From Planctomycetota bacterium (GTDB lineage: Bacteria; Planctomycetota; GCA-002687715), in NCBI GenBank assembly GCA_009691765.1, contig SIAO01000002.1, forward strand, positions 154,415 through 218,414: a stretch of DNA of 64,000 bases. Reading direction: 5' to 3'. Each line of letters starts with the position of its first letter. Positions within the stretch are counted from its first letter, which is position 1. Both the position numbers and the translations under genes were made by a program. Positions 61,298 to 64,000 of this stretch are shown piece after piece. The notes under the pieces were generated by a model, which did no database searches, was not told the DNA's origin, and saw only the letters and a program-made list of their open reading frames with translations.

Positions 61298-62511
61298 GCA
61301 CACCAGACCCAACCACACTCTTCACTTCGATTGTGGGCAGTGCAGGGGTTTCGCACACCGATGCTGGCCCGCTCGCGCAAAGGCACATGACCGAGGTCAC
61401 TCCGGCCAGCCGTGCGGAATGCGTTGAGATTGTGCGCGCCGCGCACCGCGAACGCATCGCACTGTTTGTTCGCGGCAGTGGCAGTGAACTGCGCTTGTCC
61501 GAATACGCCAGTCCCGCAGCATTGCTGTGCACAACACGCTTGGATCAAGTGATCGAGCACGCCGAGGGCGATCTCACATTCAGCGCCGAAGCGGGACTCA
61601 GCCTCAACGCGGCGCAAGCGTTGCTGCGTCCTCATGGTCAAAGACTTGCGCTGGCACCGCGCGCGCCCAGTGCGACTCTCGGCGGCATCATGGCGCGTGC
61701 AGCCGATGGTTGGACTCGCAAGAGCTGCGGGTTGGTGCGCGATCAAATCCTTGGCTGCGAAGTGGTGCTTGGCGATGGGCGCGTTGTTCATTCTGGCGGG
61801 CGCGTGGTGAAAAACGTCTCGGGCTTCGATTTGTGCCGATTGTTCACAGGAGCGCGTGGCGCTTGGGGCGTCGTGCTCTCGCTCACCCTGCGCTTGCGAG
61901 CCGTGCCGCAGCAACGTCGTGTGAGCCTTCACGCCGCATCAGATCTCGCGGCAGCATTTGCAACGGCGCACGCGCTGAATGCTTCCCTACCCGACGCAGA
62001 AGTCGTGCGCGTCCGCGTTGTGAACGCAGCCCATGGGACAACCTACGCTGTCTTGCTTTCACTCGCTGGTCCCGCCGCACGTGTCGAAGAAGCCGTCGCA
62101 AGCGCCGATGATTTAGCTGGATCCGCTACGGAGCTTGCGCTCGCAGCATTGCATGATGGCGGTACACCGCAATGTGTCGTCGAAGTGCTGCCCGCAGACA
62201 CCGCAGCTGCAACGCGCGCGCTGCTGGCGTATGGCGCGGGCGGCGTCATCGATGCTGATGTGGCCACGGGCACAGTGGAGTTCATGGCGCCTCGCGCGCC
62301 AGAATGGGATCCAACCGCGTTGAGTGCTCTTGCGCACGAACTGCGTGGACTCGAACCGCTTGTTTCCTTTCCCGCACATCCAGAGTCGCTGCGCTGGCAA
62401 CGCGCTGAGTTCGGCGCCGTGGATGCGGCAAACGCAGCGTTGTTACGGCGTTTGGCGCAACGCTTCGATCCGCGAGGAATCTTTGAGCCAGGGTTGCACT
62501 CATGGAAGTGA
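61294..62511 (+). CDS. glcE: Glycolate oxidase FAD-binding subunit GlcE
   Basis: GGRVVKNVSGFDLCRL, FDPRGIFEPG; GTGA overlap with glcD. Confidence 0.85.
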   Translation: MSTPDPTTLFTSIVGSAGVSHTDAGPLAQRHMTEVTPASRAECVEIVRAAHRERIALFVRGSGSELRLSEYASPAALLCTTRLDQVIEHAEGDLTFSAEAGLSLNAAQALLRPHGQRLALAPRAPSATLGGIMARAADGWTRKSCGLVRDQILGCEVVLGDGRVVHSGGRVVKNVSGFDLCRLFTGARGAWGVVLSLTLRLRAVPQQRRVSLHAASDLAAAFATAHALNASLPDAEVVRVRVVNAAHGTTYAVLLSLAGPAARVEEAVASADDLAGSATELALAALHDGGTPQCVVEVLPADTAAATRALLAYGAGGVIDADVATGTVEFMAPRAPEWDPTALSALAHELRGLEPLVSFPAHPESLRWQRAEFGAVDAANAALLRRLAQRFDPRGIFEPGLHSWK

Positions 62512-63734
62512 CACAAAGCCGCGACACGCAACTCGCTGGAATGCAAGAAGCCCTCGCCTGCGTGCACTGCGGTTTGTGCACGCAGTATTGCCCCACATAC
62601 CTAGTCACTGGACGCGAAACGGCGAACCCCCGCGGACGCTTGTGGACCATGCGCGCCCTTGGCGAAGGTCGTCTCGAACCCACACCTGCGGTTCTCGCAG
62701 AACTCGACAGTTGTCTTGTTTGCAGAGCGTGCGAAAGCGTGTGTCCAAGTTCTGTGCAATACGGCGATGTCCTTGGCGCGTTCCGCGAGCGCACACGCAA
62801 GCGCGGATTTTGGCGACGTCAAAGCTTCAAGGTGCTGGAGCATCCGGCGTTACTACGTGCCCTCGCCACTTTGCTGCGTTGCTGGCAACGGTCGCCATTG
62901 CGCATGCTGCGCTCCTTGCTGCCGCAACGACTGCGCCGCATGGAGGATTACTTGCCGCCGGTGCCGCCGACAACTGAGCGCCAACCGCTTCCAGCGCTGA
63001 CTCCCGCTGTTGGAACACGGCGAGGTGTCGTCGGTGTCCTCGAGGGCTGCGTCATGAGCGTGCTCTTCGCCGATGTCAATCGCGACACGGTGCTCTTGCT
63101 CACCCACGCTGGCTATGACGTGTGCGTGCCACGCGGCCAAGGTTGCTGCGGAGCGTTGCACGAACACGATGGCGACTTGCAAGGCGCGCGGCGCTTGTTG
63201 CAGCGCAATGCCACGGCATTCGCGGCGCAGCCTCTCGATGCGATTGTCATGAACAGCAGCGGCTGCGGCGCGGCGTTTCACGATGCGCGGCGTCACCTTG
63301 GCGCTGCTGGCAATGAACTCAGCCACCTCAGCGTGGATGCGCAACGTTTCCTAGTAGATCACGGCGCGGCACTCCGCTTTCGTCCCCATGCAGGCCGTGT
63401 GACTTCCGATGCGCCCTGCCATCTGCACTACGCGCAAAACGAAACCAGTGCACCGTTGCAGTTGCTGCGCCGCGTTCCAGGACTGCAAGTGGTGGAAATG
63501 CCTGACGCAGCGTTGTGCTGTGGCGCCGCTGGGGTCTACAACCTCGATCATCCTGTGATGGCCGCAGCGATTCTCTCCGGCAAGCTCGACAGCCTTGCAG
63601 CCACGGGCGCCAACATCTTGCTCAGCAGCAATCCTGGTTGCATCTTGCAATGGCGTAACGGCATCACGGAACGCGGCCTCAACGTCGAAGTGCTGCACCC
63701 TCTCACATTTCTTGCTAGGTTGTTGTCCGCATGA
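62502..63734 (+). CDS. glcF: Glycolate oxidase iron-sulfur subunit GlcF
   Basis: CVHCGLCTQYCP, CLVCRACESVCP, two CCG domains. Confidence 0.9.
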   Translation: MEVTQSRDTQLAGMQEALACVHCGLCTQYCPTYLVTGRETANPRGRLWTMRALGEGRLEPTPAVLAELDSCLVCRACESVCPSSVQYGDVLGAFRERTRKRGFWRRQSFKVLEHPALLRALATLLRCWQRSPLRMLRSLLPQRLRRMEDYLPPVPPTTERQPLPALTPAVGTRRGVVGVLEGCVMSVLFADVNRDTVLLLTHAGYDVCVPRGQGCCGALHEHDGDLQGARRLLQRNATAFAAQPLDAIVMNSSGCGAAFHDARRHLGAAGNELSHLSVDAQRFLVDHGAALRFRPHAGRVTSDAPCHLHYAQNETSAPLQLLRRVPGLQVVEMPDAALCCGAAGVYNLDHPVMAAAILSGKLDSLAATGANILLSSNPGCILQWRNGITERGLNVEVLHPLTFLARLLSA

Positions 63735-64000
63735 TTGCTCCCGCCCCACGCCTTTTGGTTTTCGACATGGACGGCACGCTCACCGACACCCTGCCGGTAA
63801 TGGTGGAGACCATGAACCGCTCCATTCGAGCGGTTCTTGGCGCCGCTCCGCCCGATGAAGCTCTGGTGCGCGAAGGCCTCGGAATAGAACTGCTTTCCAC
63901 GGTTCAGGCCTTGTTGCCGACGCATTCCCCGCGCCAGCACGATGACGTCGTGGAACACTACTGCGCAAGCTATCGCGCTGTAGAAGCGGAACTCGGCCTG
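63731..64000 (+). CDS. HAD-family hydrolase, phosphoglycolate phosphatase-like (truncated by window end)
   Basis: Not in the ORF track. MIAPAPRLLVFDMDGTLTDT (HAD motif I); ATGA overlap with glcF. Confidence 0.8.
   Translation, partial: MIAPAPRLLVFDMDGTLTDTLPVMVETMNRSIRAVLGAAPPDEALVREGLGIELLSTVQALLPTHSPRQHDDVVEHYCASYRAVEAELGL

Overview
GC-rich bacterial window with high coding density, standard genetic code and no tRNA, rRNA, CRISPR or transposase. The gene content (aroD-aroE fusion, MoxR/DUF58/BatA/vWA/PQQ-propeller/prenyltransferase-repeat cluster, many large secreted TPR/HEAT proteins) suggests Planctomycetota; this is inference. Left end: truncated GH3 nagZ and a sodium:solute symporter, a small decayed patch (methyltransferase and hemerythrin pseudogenes), and a selenocysteine-recoded MsrA that is probably a lipoprotein (GUFWG plus SECIS-like hairpin). 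Next come a minus-strand housekeeping run (psd-pssA-folK-panC-ispE-panG-aroDE-aroK; M20-asd-lysC-dapB-dapA-dapD), eno and an ftsB-like gene. These are followed by an 18-kb, nine-gene MoxR operon encoding an uncharacterised envelope apparatus. The right half holds rlmI, gcdH-lysA, larE, a Met-rich lipoprotein, prolyl oligopeptidase, BI-1, add, a Trx/HEAT protein, mpg, a sugar-catabolic trio, a secreted transglutaminase-like/prenyltransferase-like pair, and glcDEF with a HAD phosphatase. Many operon-first genes look leaderless. All family calls come from motif recognition by eye, not database searches.
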